DNA of 64,000 bases. It comes from Narcine bancroftii. Lineage: Eukaryota. How positions within the stretch are numbered: the first letter of the stretch is position 1; each line of letters begins with the position of its first letter. Below, piece by piece: positions 38,490 to 52,806 of this stretch. Location of the stretch: the NCBI RefSeq assembly GCF_036971445.1, contig NC_091481.1, positions 10,912,001-10,976,000 of the forward strand, in the 5' to 3' direction. The notes below the pieces were generated by a model that was given only the letters and a program-made list of their open reading frames with translations, ran no database searches and was not told the DNA's origin. The translations under genes and the position numbers were made by a program.

Positions 38490-39580
38490 AGTAATAGATT
38501 TATGTTAATCTTTAATTTAATGTTAAACTATATTTATTTTATAAAAATGTCTTAGTAAATTATAGAGTTAAAATATTGATTCTGTATTCTTAAGTTAGCT
38601 GTGGGTTGGTACAGGGTCACACATTATTTTTAGAGAAGTGTTCATTCTTGGAGTCAACGTATCTTTGGATAGACAGCGAATGGATTTCAAGTGGGTCATA
38701 ATTATTCAAGAACTGCTGAAGGAAGCCATCTGTTTTTAATCAAAGTCATTTAAGCCTCTTGAGCAGAGATGAGGTCAGAGGTTGTTATGGATATGATATT
38801 GTTTTGAAAAAGGAACAGAATCTTGGTAGAAATAAAACTGATGGTCATGTGGTTTCCAAGAATTGGGACTCAACTCGTTGATTATGTAATGGTCACATGA
38901 TTTGGAGAAATATATTACCAAATTCAGACATTTTGTTTTAGTTTTGGAAAAGTTCAGCTTCGAGTTCACAAAAGTCAAAACCCTGTGATGTACAGGGTTG
39001 AAACATTGTGAAAGACAGGATTGAGTCACAGTAACCAGAATTGGTTGTGTGTTACTCCTGGAAGAAGAGAAACACTGAATTAATGAAGATCACTTTGCTG
39101 TCTCTTTGGAAAAGACAGAATTCTACTGGATCTATTTTTGTGTTTGGTCACTTTGTTTAACCCTTGTCTCGTTTGTGACTTCATCGTGGAAGAAAATAGC
39201 CATATTCATGGTCTTTGTAAAGACAGCAGATACTTAGTGTGGAAACATAATTGTGAGTAAAGGAGGCCTGAATATATAATGTTTAAAAGCACTTTATAAT
39301 TATTTCTGAACAGAGAATTTAAGACCTTCAAGCAAGATTAAACTTTTAAAGATTGACTTTTCAGAATGGGATTTTGAATTATACACACACACATTTATAT
39401 TCTACATTTGCACGTTGTGGGGTTATGTTTAGAGATAATCAAGAAATGTTATATTATTAATACTTTAATAAAAACTACTATTTTGAATTTACCACTGTCT
39501 GGTGAATTTTCCATTGCTGTTCCTGTGTTAGTGCTAATAAAAACCCTTTACATAATTAAAAGGGTTGTTAGTGTGTAACA
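38490..39580 (+). mobile_element. Solo LTR (Gypsy-like)
   Basis: Flanked by a GTAC 4-bp duplication (38486-38489 and 39581-39584), ends TGTAACA, internal AATAAA near 39467. Confidence 0.55.
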
Positions 39581-40587
39581 GTACCTTTGCTGGTGCCAAG
39601 ACCAATCTCCTGGGAGAATACTTCACAAGTTTCAATGAGATTATCTATTGCTCTTCAACATAGTGCATCAGCCCAGTCCACTTAAACATTTTTTTTGACC
39701 AAACTACTATCCCAGTTATCTGATGAACTTTTGCTGCCCTCCCTTCTATTGCAAGCATTTCCCTTAGAAAAAGAGACTAGATAGGTACACAATATTCTAA
39801 CCATGGTATTTGTCCCCACTGGTTTAACGCTCATGAGCTTCTCAGAAAATAAGGAGACCATTCAATCATAGTAAAAACAAAGAGAACATTTAGCCCACCA
39901 AGCATTTCTAAACACTTCCAGTCAAAACCCATAACACATTGCTCCTGGCCCATTTCCTCATGTGAACCTCAGGAGAAAAGTATTCAGGCACCTACAGCCC
40001 ATAAGGGTTCATCCTCAAGCTCTTTGCTTCTCTCTCTCTTTTCTTGTTTCAAAGCTTCTCAAAATGTGTTTTCAATAATCTTTTGATCACTCCTTCAGTG
40101 TGGAGGGAGAGGTGAAAATTGACGTATGGATGATACTATAAGAAAATTCTATAAGAATCAGAAATAGATTGAGAAGGGGAGTAGATTTTGAACAGAGATG
40201 AGGAAGAGCTGCTTTTTCCAGAGAGTGCACTTCTCCTCCCAAGGCAGCGTCAAATCGGCCTCATTAAATGTATTTAAATCATGGTTAGAAAGATTTTTGC
40301 ATTGTGCAGGAAATAACGGTTAAGGGGAAAAGGGTAGGTAGATGAAACCAAGACCATTGCTAGATCGGCCATCTTATTAAATGGTGGAGCAGGCTCAATG
40401 GGCCAGGTTCTTACACAAGTTCTATATTGCACTGTTAAACATCCCAGGAAGCAATTTTTAAATGATGCATCAATTATTTGGTGCAGGTGAATCCAGAGTT
40501 TATAGGGATTGAGCAGGAAAATAAGATCAGATCACCTGAGAGCAATGGAGCAGCCTCAGCAGACCTTGTTGCCCTCTCCTAGCCTTA

Positions 40588-40716
<129 letters not shown>

Positions 40717-40920
40717 TTACTGCAAATATCAAATCAAATGGTACAGTCCTTACTAATCACCAATGGAGCAATATTCTGGTTAAATGTAGCCATCTTTACT
40801 TTGGGCATTTGAGCTCAAGATCTGGATGACAATGATGAGGAATGGAACATTTTCTGCTGCTGGCACCAATGGAAGCAAGTATAAGAGGCGTTATTGTGTG
40901 TAACAACTTCTACCCTATTA

Positions 40921-41289
<369 letters not shown>

Positions 41290-41792
41290 TTACACCACAA
41301 GAGGTCTTTCAGCCTATCAAATCCAGGTGAACAATCTCATTCTCACACTAATTTTTCCTGTAACCTCATCTCCCTACATTTCCATCCACACTATACTCAA
41401 GTCAATATACAATGGCTAATTAATCAATCAACTAACCCAGCTTTGATTCTTGGGAGAAAATTGGATCACCCAGAGGAAATGCATGTACTCACAGGGAGCA
41501 TATGAAAACTCTACTTTGACAGCAGAGGTCAGCATTGCATCCAGGCCTATGCATTTTCTCATCTGCTTAACATAAAAGTAGAGGAGCATTGCAGCCTTTG
41601 CACAATGCAAACAAGATTCACTCGATCACAAAAAAAACCACCACCGAAGTCCATTCACCAAATTCTAGTCAGAATGCACAAGATACAGAATACTTTAGCA
41701 CCCACTTCAACTGCACAAACTGGGATTTTCCTGGTTAATGTAACTAAGCCTTGACGCTTAAAGACAGCAATAATTTGCAGACTTTGCCCTCA

Positions 41793-41903
<111 letters not shown>

Positions 41904-42842
41904 CTAAGAACAGACAAAAGCAAAGAATCTTATAGATTGATCCAAGCCAATTAAAAACAACCTTAGTAAATATTTCCAAGAAAATGGAGTGGATCAAATG
42001 TGAGATAATTTTCCAGAAAATTACTAATGATCTCAAAAGGAGTCAAATATGGGAATTAAGGATATAAAAGAAAGAATCCAGGTTCAAGGTAGGCAGGCTT
42101 GGATTGGTAACAAAATGGACAAATAGACCCCTTCTGATCTATTCAGTTTGCCAAACAAACAATCCTTTAACTGCACTCATAAAGAGTCAAATCACCCAAG
42201 TATCCATCAAGTCATCCTAATTTTCCTCTCATCTCCAAATATAGTGGAGTCTTTGCTCATGGTGGAAGTGAGAGAATTCAACTACCCACATCCCTCTCCT
42301 CAATTTCTTCTTTACAGTTTTAACTCTACTTCAGTAGGCACCATCATTATTTCCACCACTTCTGCTGCACTGGTCCGTGGTGGAAATAGAACAATTTCCC
42401 TTCACCATAGGTTTCAATTTTAGCTCCTGAAAATCCCAGCACCGAATCAGCGTACCGACCAATGTAAAAAACTTTTTTTGATGAGGTGACTTGGACTCCC
42501 AATCCACCAATCGTCCCTTCATGGTGAGGTTCTGAGAGGAACGAGGAACAGGTCAAGATTTTTACATATTTAAACTGAAGTTGATTACTTCAGTGTGTGA
42601 AGTGGATAAACCTTGTCAGACCACTAAGTGGCATAGAAACAGTATGAGAAACAACATTCACTGCTGATCCCATCTCCTCCACGCCATCGCCTCAAGACAC
42701 CTCCAAGCAGTGGGCTAATATTGCAATGAAAACATAGTCAAGGCAGAGGAAAGGAGGGATTCATGTAGCATTAAGTAGTTTACACAGTTATTAACAGTGA
42801 TAAGTTAGCCAGATATGGCTGACTTGTTTAATTGTTACTTAC

Positions 42843-42914
42843 ATTCCTCAGGTTGGCTGTCCAGGAATCGAGAAGATCCAGGTGCTGCCGATTCATATTT
42901 AACCTGATCCAGAC
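42843..42914 (-). CDS. TMEM209: TMEM209 coding exon 7 (VWIRLNMNRQHLDLLDSWTANLRN)
   Basis: ttgcag / GTAAGT; 72 nt. Confidence 0.92.
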
Positions 42915-43419
42915 CTGCAAGTTGCAACAGAGAGAATTGCAGGTCAGCAAATTCCACCAAATTAGTATACTCTTCACTCATTTGCACTCTCGCAATTCTC
43001 CCTTCCTGAAGGACTTTTGCTGGCTTGTAATAGTACAAGAAGCTTGACAGTCAGATCCAAAACATTCAATCTTCATCACGAGAAGCATCCAATCAAGCAC
43101 ACCAGGAAGATTCATATGTAGCAATCAGGAGTGCAAATGCTGGTGGTCGTCTCCTACTCGATTTGTGATACAAACCATATTGGTGGTAACACCTCTATCC
43201 CATTTAGCTTAATTCAGAGCTCTACTTTGTCAACTGTCCATTTGTATGAATCAAGCATAATGGGAACATTCAACATCTTATAATGAATTGGCCAATAGCC
43301 CTGCCGAGATCAGTATTTGCTAAACCAGGAATAGAAGCTGGACAGAGGGAAGGGAATGAGACACAGGTTAACAATGATCTAATTGAATGGTAAAACAAGC
43401 TCAAAAAGTTTGTTTTTAA

Positions 43420-43630
43420 GAGATGCAGCATGGTAACCGGATCTTCCGAACCATGAGCCCAATTACACCCATGTGACCAATTAACTTGCTAACCCCGTAT
43501 GTCTTTGCAACGTGGGAGGAAACCAGAGCACTCAAAGGAAACTCACACAGGCACAGGGAAAACACACAAACTCATTGCAAACAGTGACAGGTTTGAACCC
43601 AGGTTTCTGGGCTGAAATAGCATTGCGCTC
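43420..43630 (-). mobile_element. tRNA-derived SINE (HE1-like)
   Basis: GTGGGAGGAAACCAGAGCAC...GGTTTGAACCCAGGT core. Confidence 0.7.
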
Positions 43631-43659
43631 ATCATGTGGCCCCCAAAAAGTGGAATGGC

Positions 43660-45875
43660 CTCCTCCCCCTTTCCACAATAATTTCCTTATTATTCTCTTT
43701 AGTTCATTAAAGAATTTCTCTGTTAAGGGAATTGGTAACATTTCAAATAACATTTCTTTGGAAGACATTCATTTTAATGCAGTTGACCCTCCCTATCAAC
43801 ATGAGAGGTAATTCTTTCCAATGTTCAAAGTCTTCCTGCAATTTCTTTATTAGTGGTTGATAATTTAGTTTGTACAAGTGACTTCAGTTATTATCTAACC
43901 TGATCCCTAGGTATCGGATTGCTTGTGCTTGCCATTTAAATGGTGTTTCTTTTTTAAATTCTGTATAGTCTGCGTTACTCATTGGCATCACTTCACTTTT
44001 ATTTGCCTTGATCTTGTACCCCGATATTTCTCCATATTCCTTCAATTTCTTAAGTAATTCTTTTATTGATATTTCTGGTTCTGTTAAGTATACTATGATG
44101 TCATCTGCAAATAAACGGATTTTATACTCCTTCTCCTTTATTTTTATCCCTTTTATTTTATTTTCTGTTCTCATCAGTTCTGCCAATGGTTCTATTGCTA
44201 AAGCGAACAGTGAGGGGGATAATGGACACCCCTGCCTAGTTGACCTACTTAATTTAAATTCGTTCAATACATATTAATTTACTGTTACCTTCGTCAATGG
44301 TCCATTATACAATGCTTTAATCCAATTTATATATTTTTCTGGTAAATTGATCCTCTGTAATACTTTGAATAAATAATTCCATTCTACTCTGTCAAAGGCT
44401 TTTTCTGTGTCTAAAGCAACAGCCACTGTTGGCTTCTTATTTCCTTGAACTGCATGAATTAGATTAATAAATTTACAGACACTATCCGCTGTTCGTCTTT
44501 TCTTAATAAATCCAGTTTGATCTTGTTTTACTATTTTTGGTACACAATCGGCCAATCTGTTTGCTAATAATTTTGCTATTATCTTATAATCTGAATTAAG
44601 TAGAGATATTGGTCTATATGATGCTGGTGTTAGTGGATCTTTCCCCATCTTTGGTATTACTGTAATTATTGCTGTCTTAGATGAATCTGGCATGTTTTGT
44701 GTTTCTTCTATCTGGTTCATTACTTCCAGGAGAGGAGGAATTAATAACTCTTTAAATGTTTTATAGAATTCTATTGGGAATCCATCCTCTCCAGGCATTT
44801 TATTGTTCGGCAGCTTTTTTAATATATCCTGCACTTCCTCTATTTCAAATGGTTTTATCAGTTTGTTTTCTTCCTCTTCTTGCAATTTCAGTAGTTCAAT
44901 TTTAGCTAAAAACTCTTCTACTTTATCATCTTTCCCCTTGTTCTCAACTTCGAATAATTGTTCATAAAATTCCTTAAAGTTCTCATTAATCTCTATCGGA
45001 TTATATGTAATTTGTTTGTCCTTTTTCCTTGATGCCAATACAGTTCTTTTAGCTTGTTCTGTTTTAAGTTGCCAGGCTAATATTTTATGTGTTTTTTCTC
45101 CTAGTTCGTAATACTTTTGCTTTATTTTCATTATGTTTTTCTCCACCTTATACGTTTGTAATGTTTCGTATTTTATTTTTTTGTCCGCCAATTCTCTTTT
45201 TGTAATATCATCCCTTTTTACCAGTTCCTTTTCTGTACTTACTATCTCCCTTTCCAACTGCTCTATTTCCCGATTATAGTCCTTTTTCATCTTAGTTACC
45301 TAACTTATTATCTGCCCTCTAATGAAGGCTTTCATTGCGTCCCATAATATAAATTTGTCTTTCACTGATTCCGTGTTTATTTCAAAATATGTTTTAATTT
45401 GGCGTTCAATAAACTCTCTAAATGCCTGCCTTTTAAGTAGCATGGAGTTTAACCTCCATCTATATGTTCTTGGAGGGATGTCCTCCAGTTCTATTGCTAA
45501 TAACAGGGGTGAATGATCAGATAGTAGTCTAGCTTTATACTCAGTTTTCCTAACTCTCCCTTGAATATGGGCTGACAACAAAAACATATCAATCCTTGAG
45601 TATGTTTTATGTATACTTGAATAATATGAATATTCCTTCTCTCTTGGGTGTTGCCTCCTCTATATATCCATAAGTTTCATTTCGTGCATTGATTTAACCA
45701 TAAATTTGGCTACTTTATTCTTTTTGCTTGTCTTTTGTCCAGTTTTATCCAACATTGGATCCAAATTAAGGTTAAATTCCCCTCCTATCAATATATTTCC
45801 TTGTCCATCTACAATCTTCAAAAAAAAATATCCTGCATAAACTTTTGATCCTCCTCATTAGGTGCATATATGTTT
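43660..45875 (-). mobile_element. L1/Tx1-like ORF2 internal fragment (EN and RT), same family as 12639-16904
   Basis: ORFs 43884-45587 nearly identical in translation to the + strand copy (SDHSP, YRPISLLNSDYK, RQGCPLSP, FADD). Confidence 0.93.
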
Positions 45876-46109
45876 TCCAAAAGCATTATGTGATTCATCT
45901 AGAGCTTACTTTCTCCCTTAAGGGATAAATGTCTCCACTATATTCAGTATCCCTAGTGATGTCAATATCAATGCATAGAAAAACTTAGGTGGATTAGTAG
46001 TTTATTTTTAAAAAAGGTTTGCCCACCCCTGGTTTATATGAATGTTTGCACTTTGACGCTGCTGCCAAACACCACATTTCATGACTTGTTCATGACAATC
46101 AATTCGGAT

Positions 46110-46822
46110 TCCAATTGTGTCCCCTGTGACCACAGTAAGTGTCACGCCTGTGCCCACAGCTCCTCCCTCTCCACCATTCGAGGTCTAAGAGTTTTTCAAG
46201 TGAAGCATCACTTCACTGTGTACCCACAGGAGTTACCTACTGTATCCGGTGCTCCCACTGCGGCTTTCTCTACATCAGAGAGACTGAATGCAGACTGGGA
46301 AATCGCTTCACTGAGCACTTTTGCTGTCTGCATCAGTGACAGGGATCTTCCAGGGGCCAACACTTCAATTCCGTGCACCACTCCCATGCTGACATGTCTG
46401 CCCATGGCCTCGTACTGACCCACCAAGACCACCAGTAAATTGGAAGAGCAACACTTAGTTTTCTGTATGGGAATTCTCAACATTGACTTCTCCGGTTTCT
46501 GCTCTTTGTTCTCCGCCTCCTTTTTCCTTTGTCTTGTGTTCTCCAGCTCTCCAACCCTTCTCTCTCCATTCAGAGAGCTATCCCTCCTCCCTGTTAGCTG
46601 CCTCCTCCTTCCTCCCTTTTCCATCTATCACGTCCTGCCTTTGGGACTGTGCTCCTCCTCTTAGCCCTCCCTTCACCATCTTTTCATACCTTGATGAAGG
46701 GCTCAAGCACGAAACTTTATGTATCTTTTTCTTTACTATATAAAGTACACTGTTTGACCAGCTGAGTTTCTCCAGCATTGCTTTTACTTCAACAAGACGT
46801 CTGTAGATTTTCATGTTTTACC
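46110..46822 (+). mobile_element. Penelope-like element 3' part (GIY-YIG endonuclease remnant and terminal repeat)
   Basis: YCIRCSHCGFLYIRETECRLGNRFTEH is the PLE GIY-YIG signature. Confidence 0.8.
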
Positions 46823-46958
46823 TTTATCTACAATTGAGTGCAGTCAAAATGGTTGCAAGGATAAATACAGGTAGAGCAAAAAAAAATTAACTGCTAAGCA
46901 CCGACATGGTCACAGAAAAATACCTTCCCCATCTCCTGGAGTGAAATGCAAGTATTTA

Positions 46959-47222
<264 letters not shown>

Positions 47223-48227
47223 CTACTATTCAAACCAGCTTGTTTTTTGAGTTGAAGTACAACTCCATGAAAATGTAAGTTTTAAAATAGTTAACCAAAA
47301 TAATACAGCAGAAAACATTCCATGGTATGTTTTGATAATTGAGCAAGGTTAAAGCTGATTGTGAAGAACAACAACTCTATATTTGGCAAAAACAATAAAA
47401 GACGATGAACCACTGGGGAAGGGACACAATCCTGATAACAAATCCCAAGGGAATTCTAAGAAACTTACTTATATGGAGAAATCTGTTTGAATGTTCTGGA
47501 AAATTACAAATTTAACTGTATAAATATGCAAATTGTGAGGCCCGAGGCAGACTCCCTTGTGCTTAGATTAGCTACAGATGGCAGTGCCTCTTACTGTTAC
47601 AGAGTTCTCACCCTTTGCAAAGTGATTAAAATGTGTGTTTGTGCTGTATTTGTGTTTGTTTTCAAGCAACTTCAGGACCACTTTAACACTCCATATCTAC
47701 ATAGCACTCTAATTTATCCACTTTAAATAGGTAGGGACTTCCTGTTCACTTTTCAATTCATTTGATCAGACAAGTGTCTGCCCCTTTATTGCCTCTCCTG
47801 CAAAGGTGTGGACTACGCTAGATGACTGAGGCAATGCCTGATACATTGCCCAAGTGGTTTTTCATTAATCTATAAAAGCAAGAAAGCCAGGACATCACAA
47901 TCAAGCTTGATGCTGTTCCAAGGTAACACAAACCAGGAACACTTGCCCCCACAAAACAGTAGTACTGAAGCCAATTGCACTCATCGATTTTTGCACTCAC
48001 AGTGGGAACCAATAGAATAGTTCAACTACCGTACTTGAGTTTATCCATTGATGTAATGATAAAGTTGGAGGCAGTATTTGCTACCAATGACTGTGTGCTA
48101 TTCAGAAGATTCTCTTTTCCGTTAAATGCTGTGCAAGAATAACACTTCCCAATCTGAAATAAAAAGCCCAATGCCTTCATATATCAGAGGATTTCCCCCC
48201 CTCTCTCATGTTTTTAAAAGTTTATAC

Positions 48228-48399
48228 CAGGGGTGCCCAACCTTTTTTTAATTTAGACAAATAGCAGGGTAACTGGACATATTGGTCCACGAGTATGTAG
48301 CAGGGTTGTAGGTTAATTGGCAGCGTGGATTTATGAGCCAAAATGGCCTGTTCCCATGCTGTATGCCTAAATTAAAAATTAAAAGGTCAGCCACCCCTG
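48228..48399. mobile_element. hAT-type MITE carrying a SINE 3' fragment
   Basis: CAGGGGTGCCCAACCTTTT ... AAAAGGTCAGCCACCCCTG TIRs; only a weak 8-bp TSD. Confidence 0.55.
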
Positions 48400-48777
48400 G
48401 TCTATCTGATATTAATCCAGAACCTTCCTCCAATGATCTAAGGTGCAAGGGAAATAAAATGCAATAAAAGGTCACTGGCACTTGGCTCATAATTTTTGTG
48501 TCTAATTAGTACTGCTCTCTGTTTTTTCCCCACAGCTGTGTAATTTTCTCAGCAGTGTTTCTATGCATTCAATGTACATGCATTCTGATTGCATGAAGAT
48601 TTACTCAGGATTCTTGGAAAGGAAAATTACTTGCCTATTGGACAATGAGTGTTTTTCTTGCTGATAAACAACAAGCCCCATCTGAACCAGGTCCAGAATT
48701 TGAGTCTCTCCTGTTCTGAATGGTTTAGTTTACATCACATTGCAGAACTTCATAAACAGAACAAGGCTTAAACTAAC

Positions 48778-48982
48778 CCATCTGACTGCGACCATGCTTC
48801 TCCTCTTCAGAGCGGAGGAAATTTTCCAGAGATTTCCTGTCTGTAACATACTCATCCCGTGTCAGAGGTGTGCTGTATGTGACTGGGGCAGATCTGTAAC
48901 GAGTTCTCACACTGGAGCACTCCAAACCTCCGACGTTATTTCCATATAAATAGGAATTCTGAAGAGGACTGAAACTGGAGCC
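48778..48982 (-). CDS. TMEM209: TMEM209 coding exon 5 (RTRYRS...FLRSEEEK)
   Basis: ccttcag / GTTAGT; 205 nt. Confidence 0.92.
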
Positions 48983-49861
48983 CTGAAGGATACAAGAAAG
49001 TCTCCTTGAGTTCAATGAACAGTATTTCTTTGCTTCTAGCAACTAACTTACCAATGAACATTGAACATCATGGTGGTGTCGGTTTGAACAGACTTTGCCA
49101 AATCTTGCTGGTCATGGGTGTTACTAATTTCTTGGATAAGACTTTATTTAGAGCCTTGATGATTTTTGTAGCAACTTCTAGTAACTCAATTTATTTTAAA
49201 ATAGTCACCCTCTGCCTCCCAGACCTCCATGGAAGCAAAAGGGATATTATTTGCCAATTTGTCTGCAAATTTGAATAAGTGCCTCAGGAGCCTTGACCAC
49301 TTGCCCTTCTAATAGATGGGTAAACTGGCTTACAGAAAACCTCAAATCAACACTGGATGAGATCAGCCAATCCTCCACAAATTAGATGTGGACTCCGACT
49401 CTGCTAGTCAGTATGGATAAAAACCTATTAAGCAGTCGGAAAAAAATTCGGCAGCTTTTCAAGAAGCTGGGAAAGTGTAAACACTGTAGCAGATGGATAA
49501 ATAACTGTAGCAAATGACAGAATTTGGATGAAAATAACGAAAGGGAACAGATGGCTGCGAAGGCCAGGGGTATAGGGGCTGTCAATTTCACCTGGTACTG
49601 GAACCAGTCAGTCAGCCAGCCAAAAGAGGGAATAGAAAGAAAGCATCTTCCACAATACTCCCAATTATAATCATCTGATTAACAGCAAAGTTAGAGGATT
49701 TATAGGATGCGAGGAGTGCCAAACTCGACTCACGTTGTCAACTGTGACTTGACGAGTAGAACCCAAGTCTGAGCCAAAAGATTATAGGTTCAAGTCCCGC
49801 TCTGGAGACTGAAAAAAAAAATCAGGATAGACACGCGACAGCAGAATTGAATCTGCTGACA

Positions 49862-50020
49862 CAAAACACAAAAGTCTGCAGACAGTGTGGTTGAAGTAAA
49901 AACACAATGCTGGAGTAACTCAGCAGGTCAACAGTGTAAAGTTACATAACCAATGTTATGTATATGAAGTCCACTGTTTTACCTGCTGAGTTTCTCCAGC
50001 ATTGTGTTTTTACTTGAAAC
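49862..50020. repeat. Palindromic short element (Penelope-terminus derived); related copies near 1850, 18180, 25860, 31360, 46740, 57690
   Basis: AAGTAAAAACACAATGCTGGAGTAACTCAGCAGGT ... ACCTGCTGAGTTTCTCCAGCATTGTGTTTTTACTT inverted arms. Confidence 0.7.
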
Positions 50021-50386
50021 TGCTGATTTTGAGATGAGACGTTGACACAAATTCCTAACTCCCCTCTCCAGAGTACATCAAAGCTCCCAAGACACTGGAC
50101 ACAGATCAGGGAGTTATCACATTCTATCCAAAATTTATCATTCAATCAACACCTTGGAGGAAACAAAAATCTTCAACATCACACTACTGTTCCCAGAAAT
50201 TTCTGTTTCTTGTATCACCGAGTAATCACGAAGAAGTTTGGTGGCTGTCAGGTTGTGAAACATGCTAAATGCAGTAAGTTCAATCTTTTTTGTACAGAAA
50301 CGTGAAAGCAGTAATAAACCCATATTATATGCAGAGGTAGATCCATATTGAGCCTGATGGCTGGATACTGCTCCATCTCCACCTAC

Positions 50387-50625
50387 CGTATTGAAGCTGC
50401 TGCCAGGTGAACATATCATAGACGATGGATAGGACCCACTTCCTGACAAGGAAGGTGACTGCACAGTTGGACTAAACCCTGTCATACAGTTATGGCTGAA
50501 CTTAGGGCTGGACCCAATTGGCCGTTGAGGACTGTAGGACAGGACATTTTGCCCCTGGGTGCCACCAGGAGGGGAACTGCTGGGGGTAGATGTGGTAGCT
50601 GGCTTTCTCTGTGGTGTAATTTGCA
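50387..50625 (-). CDS. TMEM209: TMEM209 coding exon 4 (Ser/Pro-rich, QGQNVLSYSP)
   Basis: ttcctcag / GTAGGT; 239 nt. Confidence 0.9.
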
Positions 50626-52383
50626 CTGAGGAAAGAAGATTGGAAATATGCTCATTAATAATTTAGCTGCAGTCTTTCCTTGCCTCTCAACTTCCACCCT
50701 CTGTGAATTTGCCTGGGTCCCAATTTGCACCAACTTCTCATGTTCACTGATCTCCACCACTCGCAGTCCAAAAACATTACATTTTAAATTCTTGTGACTT
50801 TTAAATTACTCTGTAACTTCGTTTCCCCTTTCATCAACCTTCCAAATTCAGAATCATGATCACTTTACACCAATTCTGCCCTCCAATTGTAGTCATATCT
50901 GGGCCTGAAGCTCTGAAATGCAGGAACCCTTGCCTTCTGCCTCCTCTTTAAGAATGCTGTCAAAACCAAACCAATCGCTCTACAGGCACACACAAAATGC
51001 TTCTGTGAACTACCTTGGAACATTTTAGCAGGTTAAAAGACAAAAAAAAAATGCAAGGTTCTCTGACGCTATTTTCATGTTTGTTCTGTTGTCAGCACTG
51101 AGTGCCCTGTCCTTTCTTTCTAAGTTCTACCCATGTACAATTGCTTTTCCCTGCATCCTCAATTTCTTAAGCTTGTTCATTTTCTTTCTACTCCATTGTA
51201 TTGAGGTGGTAGCTGATGTTTCTTTTATCCTCTGAGAAAGATTTTAGAATACAACTTTAAAATGGTGACTAGAAGGGAAAAGGAGATGGGCTGCATTTTT
51301 GGGCTACATTTCTTCCTTTGTTTAGCTATTTGGAACAGAGTATTTAAAAGTGATCAGATAAAAGACTGCAATGAGGTTGCTGATAGAAACGTTGGGTACG
51401 GTTTTAACTTTATTATCAATAAGATTAAAGCAAGAGAAAGGTGCTATCAATTTGTAGGGTGCAAGGCTACAATCAAAATGAAATTTTAAAAATGTAGGCT
51501 TCCTTCCAGTGGAAGTAATGTAGAATTTGAGCTCATGGTGGCTTCAAGATAACAAAGGCTTATTAATGAGGCAAATAACCTTGGTTGCTTTGACTGGATT
51601 AAACAGCAAATGACCTGTTAAAATGTTGTAGAGGGGGGGATAAGATGAAGGAAAGTGTTCACGACACACACAGCCATCCTGCCCCCACCCAAGATCACCC
51701 AGTGATGCACGTTGATGAAATTTGTAGGAAGGATGTCTTGGTTGTCATTGACTGAAGATAGGAAAGGAAATTGGAATATGAAGATCAAACTGGCGTTGGT
51801 TTGATGGGAGATTGAAGGGCCTGCTGAGAGAACATCTCAAAAAGAAGCAAGAATAAAGGTAATAAGTTATAGATTACAACCTGAAAACAGCTCGACCAAA
51901 CCACATTTGGACAGTGATGGGGAGCAGATTTCAACTTGGGGCCCTGGCATCCATCCCATGGAAAGGAGGAATTACTTCAATCAATGCAGTGGTTGTCAAA
52001 AGGTGATATCCTCATCTCATTATAATGTTCCCTAAAATTTCCACTGAACAATCTAGACCTTTTTCCTCCCACCCACCCCCACCCTCTTAATTTGGTCCAA
52101 AGTAGCAGAGGCCAATAGGTGGAGACATTACAAGACTAACGATCACGCTCCCAACGTCTTCAAACACATTAGTCTGCCCACATCCTAGTCTGTATCAATT
52201 ACAGTATTTTAGGCTTTAGCTCCATTAACCCTCAGTGAAACTGAACGCTAGCAATAAGATACTCACAAAACCCAGTTGGGCAGTAGCCTTTCAACTCAGT
52301 CAAATGGCACTAGACAAAGGCAAGATCTTTAACTCCAAACAGCACTAGATCCCCAGATGTGCCACTGCTATGTTTCAACTTAC

Positions 52384-52515
52384 TTGGATTTATTATTCCC
52401 AGCAGTGTTTGCTGTTGTGGGGTCATCACTAAGTTGGCTGGGACCACAGCACTCCGGAAGTAACGCCAGAAATCAGATAAAGCATTGAGGCAAAACAAAG
52501 TGACCAAGCAAAACT
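52384..52515 (-). CDS. TMEM209: TMEM209 coding exon 3 (LFCLNALSDFWRYF...QQQTLLGI)
   Basis: ttccag / GTAAGT; 132 nt. Confidence 0.93.
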
Positions 52516-52806
52516 CTGGAACAAAAGGATAAAAATAAACTGAAAAGTTTCAAGACACAGCAACAGAAGAGATTAGCATTAATTCAAGGACAATGCACCC
52601 AGTCCTAACATTTATACTTCTGGATATTTAAGCCATTCAAGTTGAACTAAACAGAACTGGTCTGGAAGGATATGGGTCAAATGCAGCCAAATAGAATGAG
52701 TCCAGATTACCAACTTGGTCAGCATGGATGAGCTAGGATTAAGGGTCTGTTCCATGCTATCAGACTTAATTACACAAACACGATGTTCTCAATATCAGAC
52801 CATCCT

